Below are positions 1 through 8,930 of a stretch of DNA of 64,000 nt, one piece after another. Location: NCBI GenBank assembly GCA_035693225.1, contig DASSGV010000073.1:24692-88691 (forward strand), read 5' to 3'. The notes under the pieces were generated by a model. That model ran no database searches, had not been told where the DNA came from, and worked only from the letters and a program-made list of their open reading frames with translations. The first letter of the stretch is position 1, and each line of letters starts with the position of its first letter. Made by a program: the position numbers and the translations under genes. This stretch comes from Gemmatimonadales bacterium. Lineage in GTDB: Bacteria > Gemmatimonadota > Gemmatimonadetes > Gemmatimonadales > GWC2-71-9.

Positions 1-39
1 CAGCAGTGCCAGCGCCAGCCCCTGCCGCATCCGGGTCAT
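1..39 (-). CDS. 5' end of a CDS that runs off the left edge, with a signal-peptide-like N-terminus MTRMRQGLALALL. TolB would be expected here by synteny but cannot be verified.
   Basis: The ATG at 39-37 overlaps the TGA of the upstream TonB/TolA-like gene (ATGA). Only 13 codons are visible. Confidence 0.3.
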   Translation of the reverse strand, partial: MTRMRQGLALALL

Positions 40-734
40 CGCGCCATTCCGGGTACGAAGTAGAAGCTCACCGGCAGCACATCCTGGCCGTAGCCGTCCG
101 GCAGCGGTCCGAAGGCGTGGGTGTTCCCCGCCGCCTCGACCGCCCCCTGGGCGCCGAGATCGAACGCGAAGTTCCCCGACGACGTGACGAAGCGTATGTC
201 CTTCACGGTCCCATCCCGGGTGATCAGGAAGAATACCTCGGCCCTGAGACCGCTCCCACCCGACGGCCGATCCCAGCGCCGGTACACCTGCGAGACGATG
301 TTGCGGAGATAATCCGGGAACGGGAAATCGAGCCCCGGCGTCTTGACCGTCACCGCATCGGTCCCGGTGCTCGGCGTCTCGCCCGGCGCGGCGGTGGTCG
401 GCGGGGGCGGGGCTTTGTGGGCCGGCGCCTCTGTCGTGGACGGCGGTGGCTTGGGCACCGGCTTGGGCGCCGGGGGCACCGGACGGGTGGACTTGGTCAC
501 CTTCGTCGGGGCCACCGGCGGCGGTGGCGGCGAGGGTTGGGTCACCGTCGGCTTGGGCGACTCCGGTGCCGGCGCCGGCGCCGCGACCAGGTTGACGGCG
601 TAGACCGGTGGCGCGATCCGCACCCGCGGGGCCAACGCCACCAGCAGCACGATCGCGGCACCGTGGACCAGCACCGTCCCCGACACGCCCAGGGCCAGAT
701 TCCCGCGCGGCGCGCGGAGGCGCGCGGCCCTCAC
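36..734 (-). CDS. TonB/TolA-like energy-transducer protein
   Basis: 232-aa ORF with membrane anchor VLVHGAAIVLLVALA and a Pro/Ala/Lys-rich spacer (PAPAPESPKPTVTQPSPPPPPVAPTKV...). The C-terminal segment (DFPFPDYLRNIVSQVYRRW...VFFLITRDGTVKDIRFVTSSGN) resembles the TonB C-terminal fold. The GTG start overlaps the stop of the ExbD/TolR gene (GTGA 731-734). Confidence 0.75.
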   Translation of the reverse strand: MRAARLRAPRGNLALGVSGTVLVHGAAIVLLVALAPRVRIAPPVYAVNLVAAPAPAPESPKPTVTQPSPPPPPVAPTKVTKSTRPVPPAPKPVPKPPPSTTEAPAHKAPPPPTTAAPGETPSTGTDAVTVKTPGLDFPFPDYLRNIVSQVYRRWDRPSGGSGLRAEVFFLITRDGTVKDIRFVTSSGNFAFDLGAQGAVEAAGNTHAFGPLPDGYGQDVLPVSFYFVPGMAR

Positions 735-1174
735 TGCGCGGGAGTCCCCTCGTCCTCGGCGATGAGCCCCACATCCGTCACCCCGGAGCCGCGGATGATC
801 GCGAGCACCCGCACCACGTCGCCATAGTCCACCCGCTTGTCGGCCCGCAGGAACACGCCCGAGGGGTGTCGGGTCGCCACCAGGCCGCGGAAGGTGACCT
901 TGAAATCGTTGTACGACACCTCCGTCTCATCGACGAAGATCCGCCCCCGCTGGTCGATGCTCACCACGAGGCCCTGTTCCTTGGGCGCGAGCGGGCGGGA
1001 CTGGGCGTGCGGGAGTTGGACGTCCACCCCGCCCTGCATCATCGGCGCCGCGATCATGAAGATGATCAGCAGCACGAATGCCACGTCGACCAGGGAGGTG
1101 ACGTTGATGTCCGCGTTGAGCGGCGGCGGCCCGCGCCGCCCCCCGAGTCCCGACGACCCGATGCCCCCGGCCAT
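731..1174 (-). CDS. ExbD/TolR family biopolymer transport protein
   Basis: Start moved to ATG 1174 (MAGGIGSS...). It has a single TM helix (INVTSLVDVAFVLLIIFMIAAPMM) plus a periplasmic domain (VFLRADKRVDYGDVVRVLAIIR). The rest of the 244-aa ORF overlaps the TolQ-like gene. Confidence 0.85.
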   Translation of the reverse strand: MAGGIGSSGLGGRRGPPPLNADINVTSLVDVAFVLLIIFMIAAPMMQGGVDVQLPHAQSRPLAPKEQGLVVSIDQRGRIFVDETEVSYNDFKVTFRGLVATRHPSGVFLRADKRVDYGDVVRVLAIIRGSGVTDVGLIAEDEGTPAQ

Positions 1175-1176
1175 CC

Positions 1177-1890
1177 CTAGAGCAGCCCTTCCCGGGCCAT
1201 CGTCCCGATGAGCTCGTCGGCAAAGCCCTCCATCTCCCCGCCGAAGAGCCCCACCCGGTCGGCAAAGATGTTGTAGGCGATGACCGCGGGGATCGCCGTC
1301 GCCAGTCCGGCCACGGTCGTGACCAGCGCTTCGGCGACCCCCGGCGCCACGGCGGCGATGTTCCCCGACCCGCCCGCGGCGATGCCGACGAACGCGCTCA
1401 TCACCCCGAGGACGGTGCCCAGGAGCCCCATCAGCGGGCTCACCGAGCCGATCGTGGCAAGCCACGGAAGATGCTGGCTCGCGACGTCGCGTTCGGCGGC
1501 GATGTCCTTCCCGAGCATCATCTTGAGCGCCTCGAGCTGGGTCACGCTCAAGGACCCCTTCGGCACGTCGCCCACGTCGCGAAGGGCGCCGGGTCGGAGC
1601 TCGGAGAAGAAGTTGATCGCCTCACGGAAGATCCGGTGATAGGGCGATGGCGGCAGCTTCATCACCGCATGGTACGCATCGCGGAGCCGCGTGGTGCGCT
1701 CGATCTCCATGAAGAACCGGTCCCCCTGCTGGCGGAGCCTCCGGAACTGCCACCACTTCTGGGCGATGATGAACCAGGAGGCGAGGGAGAACAACGCCGT
1801 TATCAGGAGCACCACGATGGTCGAGGTGCTCGAGTGGAGCACCAGGTCGAGCGACGACCGCGGGACCGCACCGCCGAGCTGCAGGATCAC
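1177..1890 (-). CDS. MotA/TolQ/ExbB proton-channel protein
   Basis: Start moved to GTG 1890, giving 237 aa. It carries the conserved C-terminal block PLMGLLGTVLGVMSAF...VAPGVAEALVTTVAGLATAIPAVIAYN. The GTG overlaps the stop of the upstream epimerase gene (GTGA 1887-1890). Confidence 0.85.
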   Translation of the reverse strand: MILQLGGAVPRSSLDLVLHSSTSTIVVLLITALFSLASWFIIAQKWWQFRRLRQQGDRFFMEIERTTRLRDAYHAVMKLPPSPYHRIFREAINFFSELRPGALRDVGDVPKGSLSVTQLEALKMMLGKDIAAERDVASQHLPWLATIGSVSPLMGLLGTVLGVMSAFVGIAAGGSGNIAAVAPGVAEALVTTVAGLATAIPAVIAYNIFADRVGLFGGEMEGFADELIGTMAREGLL

Positions 1891-2837
1891 CGTACCTCCG
1901 TTCGCATCCAGTGGACCAGTGCCGCCAGACCCTCCTCGAACCCGACCGCCGGGCGCCAACCGAGCACCGCGGCCGCGCGCGAGGGATCGAGGGCGCTCCT
2001 TGCCAGTTCGCCCGCGCGCACCGGCGCATGCACCACCGTGGGGGCGGCCCCGGTCGCCCGGCCGATGGCGGTCACGACGTCGAGCACCGAATGCTCGACC
2101 CCGGTGCCGATGTTGAACGCGATCGTATCGTGGCCCGCCCCCACGGGGAGGGACCCGGTACCGGCAAGGAGGTTGGCCCGCGCGACGTCGCCCACGAAGA
2201 CATAGTCGCGGGTCTGGCGGCCATCCCCGAAGACCGTCAGCGGCTCCCGCCGGAGCGCCCGTCCGGTGAAGATCGACATCACCCCGGCCTCGCCGGACGG
2301 ATCCTGCCGGGGCCCGAACACGTTGGCGTAGCGCAGGGCCACGACCTCGAAGCCCCGCAACCCGCCCAGCACCCGGAGTGCATGCTCCGCGGCGAGCTTG
2401 CTCACGCCATAGGGCGAGATGGGACACTTGGGTGCCGTCTCCGGCGTGGGCACCTGGTCGGCCTCGCCGTACAGCACGCCACCGCTCGAGGCGAACACCA
2501 CCCGCCGCACCCCGCCGTCGGCGGCGCCTTCGAGCTGATTCACCAGTCCCATCACGTTGATGTCCGTATCGCGCAGCGGGTCGCGGACGGAGACCCGCAC
2601 GTCCACCTGCGCCGCCAGCACCACGAGGACGTCGAAGCGGCCCTCCGCGATGGCGCGCCGAGCCTCCGGCGCACGGACATCGAGCTGGAGGAGCGGAACG
2701 CCGGCCGGGACGTTGGTCGGCTTTCCGGTCGACAGGTTGTCGAGGACCGTCACCGACCAACCGGCGGCGGCATACGTTTCGACCACGTGTGAGCCGATGA
2801 ATCCGGCCCCACCGGCCACGAGTACGCGTCGGTTCAT
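1887..2837 (-). CDS. NAD-dependent epimerase/dehydratase (UDP-glucose 4-epimerase-like SDR)
   Basis: 316 aa with the N-terminal Rossmann motif VLVAGGAGFIGSHVV and the YGVSK catalytic Y-x3-K motif. Confidence 0.85.
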   Translation of the reverse strand: MNRRVLVAGGAGFIGSHVVETYAAAGWSVTVLDNLSTGKPTNVPAGVPLLQLDVRAPEARRAIAEGRFDVLVVLAAQVDVRVSVRDPLRDTDINVMGLVNQLEGAADGGVRRVVFASSGGVLYGEADQVPTPETAPKCPISPYGVSKLAAEHALRVLGGLRGFEVVALRYANVFGPRQDPSGEAGVMSIFTGRALRREPLTVFGDGRQTRDYVFVGDVARANLLAGTGSLPVGAGHDTIAFNIGTGVEHSVLDVVTAIGRATGAAPTVVHAPVRAGELARSALDPSRAAAVLGWRPAVGFEEGLAALVHWMRTEVR

Positions 2838-2888
2838 CCCGGCAATCTAGCGAGGGCGGGTCCGTCCTCGCAGGCGGGCATGAACGAA

Positions 2889-2928
2889 GTCGGCGCGGAA
2901 GACCGAACGAACGGTCCGCCGCGCCGAC
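2889..2928 (-). terminator. Candidate stem-loop terminator downstream of the LysM gene
   Basis: GTCGGCGCGG..CCGCGCCGAC forms a 10-bp outer stem with an inner GACCG/CGGTC stem. It lies 25 nt past the stop at 2953. There is no clear U-tract. Confidence 0.35.
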
Positions 2929-2952
2929 GAAGGTCCGACCCCAAGGCCGGGC

Positions 2953-4224
2953 TCAGCCCGGCAGCTTCGCGATCTGGCGGACCGGGGACCCCGAGTTGAA
3001 GCGAGGCGCCGTGAGGCTGGTGACGCGCGCGGTGGCGGAGTGATCGCCGACGTGCACGATCTTCAGGTGCGCCACCACGTCGGGGACCGCACCGACCGGC
3101 GAATCGTCATCGCGGGGCGTGACCCGGACCTCGAAGATGTCGCCGGCCCGGACTCCATCGGACCGACCCTTGTCGATGAACACCACCGCCTCTGACAGCT
3201 TGAGCGGCTGGAGATCCAGGGCAAAGAGCACGTGGCCCTGCACCCCGTTCGCGACCGGCACCGCACGGACGTGCCCCGGGTCGACGAACTTCTCCGCCAG
3301 GAGCGTGAGCGTCCCCTCGTGGATCGATCCGTACTGCGCGATGACCACCGCCAGGTTCTGCGGACGGCTGACGTCGATGACCTTCGCGAGTCCGAGCGGC
3401 TGGACCACGTCACCCCAGGTCGGGTCGGTCCGGGCCACGGTGACCAGGAGCAGGGTGTCGCCGACCTGGTATGACCCGCCCTTCGGCGGCGTGAGCGCGA
3501 TCTTGCTGTAGATCGAGGATGCGGCGCCGTACCCGCTGGAGGAGATCTGCAGCGGCACCGCATTGCCGATGACGCGCCCGTACGGCAGGGCCTGGCGCTC
3601 GCTCAGGAACCCGGAGGAGTAGAAATCCGAGCGCCGCAGCGGGCGGTAGTCGTCCTCGAAGGTGGTCTGCAGCACGTCGGGCTGGCGCAACCCGGAGATC
3701 GGCGGGAAGATCGGCGCGGTGTCCTGGGGCTCCACCGGTTCCGGCGGCGTGGTGTCCGGTGCGGCGGCGGCCGACTCGACCGCCGCGGAGCCGGTGTCCG
3801 CCGCCGGAAGGGCGGGAGCGGCCGTGCTGGCGACCGCCGTGTCAGCGGGCGGCGAGACCGACGCGGGGGTGGTATCCGCAGGCGGCGTGACCACGGCCAC
3901 CGTCACCGGTGCCGTGGTGTCGGCCGGGACGGACGCGACCGCGACATCCGACCGCAGGCGCAGCACCTCACCGGGGTAGATCCAGTGTGGATCCTCCACC
4001 ACGGCGGTGTTGAGCCGGTAGATGGCCGGCCAGAGGAGTGGATCACCTAGGTACTGCTGGGCAAGACCCCAGAGCGTGTCGCCGGTCTTGACCGTGTGCG
4101 TGCTGTCGGTCACGGCGGACACCGATGCTGGGCTTTGCGCGACAGCCGCCGCGGGGACCGCGGCGGCTGCCAGACCCAGCGTCAGCGCGAGCGACTTAGA
4201 ACGGGAGATCATCGTCCTGGCCAT
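2953..4224 (-). CDS. Secreted LysM peptidoglycan-binding protein with a Pro/Ala/Thr-rich linker and an uncharacterised C-terminal domain
   Basis: Start moved to ATG 4224 (ATG 4212 is also possible). Features are the signal peptide LALTLGLAAAAVPAAAVAQ and the LysM motif HTVKTGDTLWGLAQQYLGDPLLWPAIYRLN. The 5' end overlaps the ssb 3' end by 17-29 nt. Confidence 0.75.
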   Translation of the reverse strand: MARTMISRSKSLALTLGLAAAAVPAAAVAQSPASVSAVTDSTHTVKTGDTLWGLAQQYLGDPLLWPAIYRLNTAVVEDPHWIYPGEVLRLRSDVAVASVPADTTAPVTVAVVTPPADTTPASVSPPADTAVASTAAPALPAADTGSAAVESAAAAPDTTPPEPVEPQDTAPIFPPISGLRQPDVLQTTFEDDYRPLRRSDFYSSGFLSERQALPYGRVIGNAVPLQISSSGYGAASSIYSKIALTPPKGGSYQVGDTLLLVTVARTDPTWGDVVQPLGLAKVIDVSRPQNLAVVIAQYGSIHEGTLTLLAEKFVDPGHVRAVPVANGVQGHVLFALDLQPLKLSEAVVFIDKGRSDGVRAGDIFEVRVTPRDDDSPVGAVPDVVAHLKIVHVGDHSATARVTSLTAPRFNSGSPVRQIAKLPG

Positions 4225-4681
4225 CGAGCGCCTCCGGGAAGTCCTCGAACGATCCATCCTTGTCCTTGCCCTTCGCGGGCGCCGCGGCGGCGGTCTTCGC
4301 CGCGGCGTATGACTCGCCACTCTCGCCGCCGCCGGAACGCCCGGACAGCAGGATGAGTTCACGGGCATTGATCTCGGTCGTGTACCTGGTCTGGCCCTCA
4401 CGATCCTGCCACGACCGGTACTCGATGCTGCCCTCGACGTAGACCTTGTCGCCCTTCTTGCAGTACTTCTCGGCGACATCGGCCAAGGTCGAGAACTTGG
4501 TGTTCCACAGCACCACACGATGCCATTCGGTCTTTTCCTGCTTCTCACCCGACTGATTCTTCCACTGCCGCCCCGTCGCGACGGACAGGGTGGCCACCTT
4601 CGATCCGTTGGAGGTGGTACGCACCTCCGGATCTGCGCCCAGATTGCCGATCAGGGTGGCCTTGTTGAGACTCCGGCTCAT
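4196..4681 (-). CDS. ssb: Single-stranded DNA-binding protein
   Basis: OB-fold N-terminus MSRSLNKATLIGNLGADPEVR...TEWHRVVLW, a Gly/Ala-rich tail and the acidic tip DDDLPF. ATG 4681 is preceded by GGAG; the ORF-track start at 4693 is a TTG. Confidence 0.95.
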   Translation of the reverse strand: MSRSLNKATLIGNLGADPEVRTTSNGSKVATLSVATGRQWKNQSGEKQEKTEWHRVVLWNTKFSTLADVAEKYCKKGDKVYVEGSIEYRSWQDREGQTRYTTEINARELILLSGRSGGGESGESYAAAKTAAAAPAKGKDKDGSFEDFPEALDGQDDDLPF

Positions 4682-4731
4682 ACGACGCTCCAATGCTATT
4701 CCGAGCCCCAGGTTCCAGCGGACTCAACGAC

Positions 4732-4760
4732 AGTATAGAACTCGCAAGTCCTTTTGTCAA
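4732..4760 (-). promoter_or_regulatory. Sigma70-type promoter for ssb
   Basis: On the minus strand: TTGACA (4760-4755), 17 nt, TATACT (4737-4732). This is a perfect -35 and a 5/6 -10 in otherwise GC-rich DNA, about 50 nt upstream of the ssb ATG. Confidence 0.55.
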
Positions 4761-4786
4761 CCAAACATACGCCACTTGGCGCCGAA

Positions 4787-5245
4787 TTACGCGAGGGGGG
4801 TCCGACCCCGCCGCAGCACCAGCGCCGCCTCGACCGGATCGCGATAGTATTCCGCCCGTCGACCCACCTGGACGAACCCTGCTCCCCGGTACAACGTCAC
4901 CGCCGCCAGGTTCCCCTCCCGCACCTCAAGGAAGACCTGCCGGACCGGGCCGGTGTCGAACCGCGCCAGCATCGATCCGAGCAGCGAGCGGCCCACGCCA
5001 CGATGCCGATGCTCCTCCGCCACGGCAAGGTTCAGGATCTCGCCATCGTCGGCGATGATCCGACCCAGGCCGTACCCCACCACCGCACCGCCGTCCTCCG
5101 CCACGAATCCGAACGACGAGTCCGCCGCCAGCACCTCGCGGAGGCTCGCCGCGGACCAGGGATCGGCGAACGCCGCCCGCTCCAGCGCCGCCAGCGCCGG
5201 CGCGTCAGCCGACGTCGCCGGCCGGGTCCGGTAGGGGGCGTCCAT
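4787..5245 (-). CDS. rimI: Ribosomal-protein-alanine N-acetyltransferase (GNAT)
   Basis: Start moved to ATG 5245 (MDAPYRTRPATSADAPAL...). It has the GNAT acetyl-CoA motif VAEEHRHRGVGRSLL and sits in the conserved tsaE-tsaB-rimI neighbourhood. Confidence 0.85.
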   Translation of the reverse strand: MDAPYRTRPATSADAPALAALERAAFADPWSAASLREVLAADSSFGFVAEDGGAVVGYGLGRIIADDGEILNLAVAEEHRHRGVGRSLLGSMLARFDTGPVRQVFLEVREGNLAAVTLYRGAGFVQVGRRAEYYRDPVEAALVLRRGRTPLA

Positions 5246-5918
5246 GCGCCTCCTCCCATTTGCGCTGCGCCTCCGCCGGTCGACCGTACATCGGCTCCCA
5301 CCGGCCGAGGTCCGCGACCGGCGTGAGGCCGCCGGCGAGATCCAGCAGCTCGAGCAGGGTGATGGCCGACGACGCCGGCGGCGCCAACCGGTGACCACCC
5401 ACCGCCCTGGCGATCAGGGCCAGGACCGCCTCGGGGGCGGTGCCCACGAGCGCCGCCCCTGGCGGCACCAGTGACGCGGCCGCAGCGGCGGGCACCGCCG
5501 TCGGCTCGCGAAGTACCCGCACCGTCGTCTCCTGGACATCATACGCGGCGGCATACACCTCGCCCCGCAATGCGTCAGAGACCGCGAGCACCGGACCGGT
5601 GTGCGGCGGCAACGCGCCGGCCGCCATCAGCAGCAACGCCGGTGCGGTCCGCACCTCGATCGTCCGGGCGGCCACGAACGCCTTCACGACGCTCGCCCCG
5701 ACCCGGAGCCCGGTGAAGCTTCCCGGCCCGTCCGCCAGCAGGATGCCGTCGAGCTGCTCCAGCGTCACGCCGGCCTCGTCGAGGACCTTTTCGATCATCG
5801 GCAGCAGTTCCTTGGCGTGGTCGCGCGCGCCGCGCAGCGATCGTTCCGCCCGCGGGCCGCTGGCGTCGCCGACCGCGACAGCGGCCCGGTCGGCGGAGGT
5901 GTCGATGGCCAGCCACAT
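5205..5918 (-). CDS. tsaB: tRNA threonylcarbamoyladenosine (t6A) biosynthesis protein TsaB
   Basis: 237 aa beginning MWLAIDTSADRAAVAV, with GPGSFTGLRVG (YeaZ family). It lies between tsaE and rimI. Confidence 0.9.
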   Translation of the reverse strand: MWLAIDTSADRAAVAVGDASGPRAERSLRGARDHAKELLPMIEKVLDEAGVTLEQLDGILLADGPGSFTGLRVGASVVKAFVAARTIEVRTAPALLLMAAGALPPHTGPVLAVSDALRGEVYAAAYDVQETTVRVLREPTAVPAAAAASLVPPGAALVGTAPEAVLALIARAVGGHRLAPPASSAITLLELLDLAGGLTPVADLGRWEPMYGRPAEAQRKWEEAHGRPLPDPAGDVG

Positions 5919-6328
5919 CAGCGACGCTCCACCCCGCGGCGCGCGGGGTCAGCGGGAAGGTGCTGCAGGATGAATCGGTGGGTCGGCACCGGCACCCAGT
6001 CGCCGGCCCGCTCGGGCCATTCAATAATGATGGCGTCGCCTTCGCGGATCAGCCCGTCCCAATCGAGGTCGGCGGCCTCCTCCGGACGCCGCAGGCGGTA
6101 GCAGTCCAGGTGGAAGACGGGCCCGCGCCGTCCGACGTACCGATGCACGAGGTTGTAGGTCGGACTGGTGGCGGGCGACGTGACGCCGAGCCCTCGCGCG
6201 ATCGCCTGGGCCAGCGTGGTCTTCCCCGCACCGAGGTCGCCGGTGAGGGCCACCACCGCGCCGGGCGGCAGTTCGGCTCCGACCCGCTCTCCCAACGCGG
6301 CCAATTCGGCCTCGGTCATCGCCGGCAT
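5918..6328 (-). CDS. tsaE: tRNA t6A biosynthesis ATPase TsaE
   Basis: 136 aa with the Walker A motif GDLGAGKTTLAQ, SPTYNLVHRY and HLDCYRL (YjeE family). Confidence 0.9.
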   Translation of the reverse strand: MPAMTEAELAALGERVGAELPPGAVVALTGDLGAGKTTLAQAIARGLGVTSPATSPTYNLVHRYVGRRGPVFHLDCYRLRRPEEAADLDWDGLIREGDAIIIEWPERAGDWVPVPTHRFILQHLPADPARRGVERR

Positions 6329-6329
6329 C

Positions 6330-8387
6330 CTAGCGACGACCGGCCCGCGGCCGCGCCGGACGCCGCTGGGGGGCGGCCCCCCGCCGCACGTCCGGCGCCT
6401 CGAGCGCCCGGAGTTCGTTCAATTCATCGCGCAGGATGGCCGCGACCTCGAATTCGAGGTTCGCGGCGGCCTCGCGCATCTGCTGCTCCAGCGCCCGCAT
6501 CGCCTTGGCGCGCTCGGCCGGGTCGTGGAGATCGGGCGCCGGCTTGACCTTTTCCCTGCCGTGGGGCCGCTCGGTACGGGCATCCGCCACGCGGGTGGAG
6601 AGCCGCACCTCCTCGAGGGACTTGATGATGGAACGCGGCGTGATGTCGTGCTCGACGTTGTACGCCAGCTGGATGGTGCGGCGGCGGTCCATCTCGTCGA
6701 GCGCACGCTGCATCGAACCGGTGACGCGATCGGCGTAGAGGATGGCCCGGCCATTCACGTTCCGCGCCGCCCGCCCCACCGTCTGGATGAGCGACCGGTC
6801 GGACCGGAGGAACCCCTCCTGGTCGGCGTCGAGGATCGCCACCAGGGAGACCTCCGGCAGGTCGAGTCCTTCACGCAGGAGATTGATGCCGACCAGCACG
6901 TCGAATTCGCCGAGCCGGAGCCCGCGCAGGATCTCCATCCGCTCGATGGCGTCGATGTCGGAGTGGAGGTACCGCACCCGGACACCGGTCTGCTGCAGGT
7001 AGTCGGTCAGGTCCTCCGACATCCGCTTGGTGAGGGTGGTGACCAGGACCCGCTCGCCCTGCGCGGCACGCTGGCGGATCTCGCCGAGGAGGTCGTCCAC
7101 CTGTCCCTTGACCGGTCGGATGCTGATCTCGGGGTCCACCAGGCCGGTGGGCCGGATGACCTGCTCCACCACGTGTCCGTGGGACAGGCCCAGTTCGTAC
7201 TCGCCCGGCGTCGCGGAGACGGCAAGCAACTGGGGCACCAGCGAGATGAACTCCTCGAAGCGGAGCGGCCGGTTGTCGAGCGCCGAGGGAAGCCGGAACC
7301 CGTATTCCACCAATGTCGTCTTCCGGGCACGATCGCCGTTGTACATCCCGCCGATCTGCGGCAGGGTGACGTGGCTCTCGTCGGCGACGACCAGGAAATC
7401 GGCCGGGAAATAGTCGATCAGGCAGGCCGGACGCTCGCCCTCGGCCCGACCGGTGAGGTGGCGGGAGTAGTTCTCGATCCCGGCGCACATCCCGGCCTCG
7501 AGCAGCATCTCGATGTCGAAGGTGGTGCGGCTTTCCAGGCGCTGCGCCTCGAGGAGCTTCCCCGCCTCGCGCAGGACACGGAGCCGCTCGGCAAGTTCCG
7601 CACGGATGAGCCCCACCGCGCGTTCGATGGTGGGGCGCTCGGTCACGAAGTGACGGGCCGGATAGATGGCGGCCTGCTCGAGCTGCGCGATCGGCGAACC
7701 GGTGAGCGGATCGATCTTGGTGATGCGCTCGACCTGGTCGCCCCAGAGCTCCACCCGCACCGCCTGCTCCGCGTATGCCGGGTAGATCTCGATGGTATCT
7801 CCCCGGACCCGGAAGGTGCCGGGCTCGAAGCTCACGTCGTTCCGCCCATACTGGATCCGCACCAGCTCGGCCAGGATGCCATCGCGGCCCGGACTCTCGC
7901 CCCGGGTGATGGTGACCATCAGCTTCCGGTACTGGACCGGGTCGCCGAGGCCGTAGATGGCGCTCACCGTGGCCACGATCACCACGTCGCTCCGCTCCAT
8001 CAGGGAGGAGGTGGCGCGGAGCCGGAGCTGCTCGATGTCCTGGTTGATCGATGCGTCCTTTTCGATGTACACATCGGTCGACGGGACGTACGCCTCAGGC
8101 TGGTAGTAGTCGTAGTAGGACACGAAATACTCGACCGCGTTGCCCGGGAGGAACTGCCGGAGTTCCCCGTAGAGCTGCGCGGCCAGCGTCTTGTTGTGGG
8201 AGAGGACGAGAGTGGGCTTGCCGTAATTGGCGATGACGTGCGCCAGGGTCATCGTCTTCCCGGAGCCGGTCACCCCGAGGAGCGTCTGGTACTTCTCACC
8301 GTGGAGCAGGCCGTCGGTCAGTGATGCAATGGCCTTGGGCTGGTCACCGGCGGGCTCGAAGGGGGCAACGACCTGGAACTCGGGCAT
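6330..8387 (-). CDS. uvrB: Excinuclease ABC subunit B
   Basis: Start moved to ATG 8387 ([20 protein letters not shown]). It has GVTGSGKT, helicase motifs and a C-terminal UVR domain ([12 protein letters not shown]). Confidence 0.97.
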   Translation of the reverse strand: MPEFQVVAPFEPAGDQPKAIASLTDGLLHGEKYQTLLGVTGSGKTMTLAHVIANYGKPTLVLSHNKTLAAQLYGELRQFLPGNAVEYFVSYYDYYQPEAYVPSTDVYIEKDASINQDIEQLRLRATSSLMERSDVVIVATVSAIYGLGDPVQYRKLMVTITRGESPGRDGILAELVRIQYGRNDVSFEPGTFRVRGDTIEIYPAYAEQAVRVELWGDQVERITKIDPLTGSPIAQLEQAAIYPARHFVTERPTIERAVGLIRAELAERLRVLREAGKLLEAQRLESRTTFDIEMLLEAGMCAGIENYSRHLTGRAEGERPACLIDYFPADFLVVADESHVTLPQIGGMYNGDRARKTTLVEYGFRLPSALDNRPLRFEEFISLVPQLLAVSATPGEYELGLSHGHVVEQVIRPTGLVDPEISIRPVKGQVDDLLGEIRQRAAQGERVLVTTLTKRMSEDLTDYLQQTGVRVRYLHSDIDAIERMEILRGLRLGEFDVLVGINLLREGLDLPEVSLVAILDADQEGFLRSDRSLIQTVGRAARNVNGRAILYADRVTGSMQRALDEMDRRRTIQLAYNVEHDITPRSIIKSLEEVRLSTRVADARTERPHGREKVKPAPDLHDPAERAKAMRALEQQMREAAANLEFEVAAILRDELNELRALEAPDVRRGAAPQRRPARPRAGRR

Positions 8388-8393
8388 GGCGGG

Positions 8394-8399
8394 AGTATA
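8394..8399 (-). promoter_or_regulatory. Possible -10 element (TATACT) at leaderless spacing for uvrB
   Basis: On the minus strand TATACT is followed by 6 nt (cccgcc) and then the uvrB ATG. I found no convincing -35. Confidence 0.25.
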
Positions 8400-8546
8400 G
8401 CGGTATCGGGATTTGTTCGGGAGGGGCCGGGCGGGAGAAGAACTGGGAAAGATAGAGAAGAGGAGGGAATGAGAGGAGGAGGGGACAGGTGGGATCGCGG
8501 GCAGCAACGACCGGGTGATGTGTGTCGGCCACCCGCGCCCCGACCG

Positions 8547-8930
8547 TCAGCGCCGACCGAGATCCAGCAGGCGGGTCCACTCCGTCCGGGAAACCGGCAT
8601 CGCGCTCAGCCGGGAGATGCGCACCAGGGCAAAGCCGCGGAAGGCGGCGTCGGCCTTGACCTCGGCAAGCGTCACCGGGCGGCGCAGGATCTTCTCGAAC
8701 TCGAGCGTCACGACCCCATCGACCGGATCACCGGTGAACACCCGGGCGACGCCGACGATGGCCTTCTCGGTGCCGGTGTGATACACCAACACCTGGTCAC
8801 CCACGGTCATCTTCCGAAGGTTGATGAGCGCCGCGGCGTTCTTGACACCATCCCACCGGGTCCGCTTCTCCCGCTGGAGGTCGGCGATGGAATAGGTCGA
8901 CGGTTCGGTCTTCAGGAGCCAGTAGGGCAT
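8547..8930 (-). CDS. EVE (PUA-like) domain protein
   Basis: Start moved to ATG 8930 (MPYWLLKTEPSTYSIADL...WDGVKN...LRKMTVGDQVLVYHT). The upstream 53 codons of the ORF-track call are just the translated heptamer array. Confidence 0.85.
   Translation of the reverse strand: MPYWLLKTEPSTYSIADLQREKRTRWDGVKNAAALINLRKMTVGDQVLVYHTGTEKAIVGVARVFTGDPVDGVVTLEFEKILRRPVTLAEVKADAAFRGFALVRISRLSAMPVSRTEWTRLLDLGRR

Noticed and set aside
1177-4548. Several ORF-track calls carry long N-terminal extensions: 1177-2760, 2953-4548, 9120-10424, 20810-21865, 23234-24325, 27369-30731, 30610-32043, 43059-44681 and 51540-52619.
   Set aside because: The extensions overlap the upstream conserved gene and are Arg/Pro/Gly-rich. 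The family-typical N-termini and coupling motifs (GTGA/ATGA) mark internal starts.
6168-8324. Very long plus-strand ORFs lie antisense to conserved minus-strand genes: 6168-8324 opposite uvrB, 10106-12232 opposite relA, 17321-20299 opposite secA, 28719-31046 opposite carB, 53349-55259 opposite E2/E1b, and 56926-59733 opposite hppA. ORFs 34539-36425 and 35867-38140 are of the same kind.
   Set aside because: Their translations are Arg/Gly/Pro/Asp/His-rich low complexity with no recognisable motifs. Each mirrors a strongly conserved gene on the other strand. Stop codons are simply rare in this GC-rich DNA.
8388-8430. I looked for a LexA/SOS box upstream of uvrB, and similarly upstream of ssb.
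   Set aside because: Only a half-site-like CGAACAAAT is present, with no dyad partner. The LexA motif of this lineage is unknown to me.
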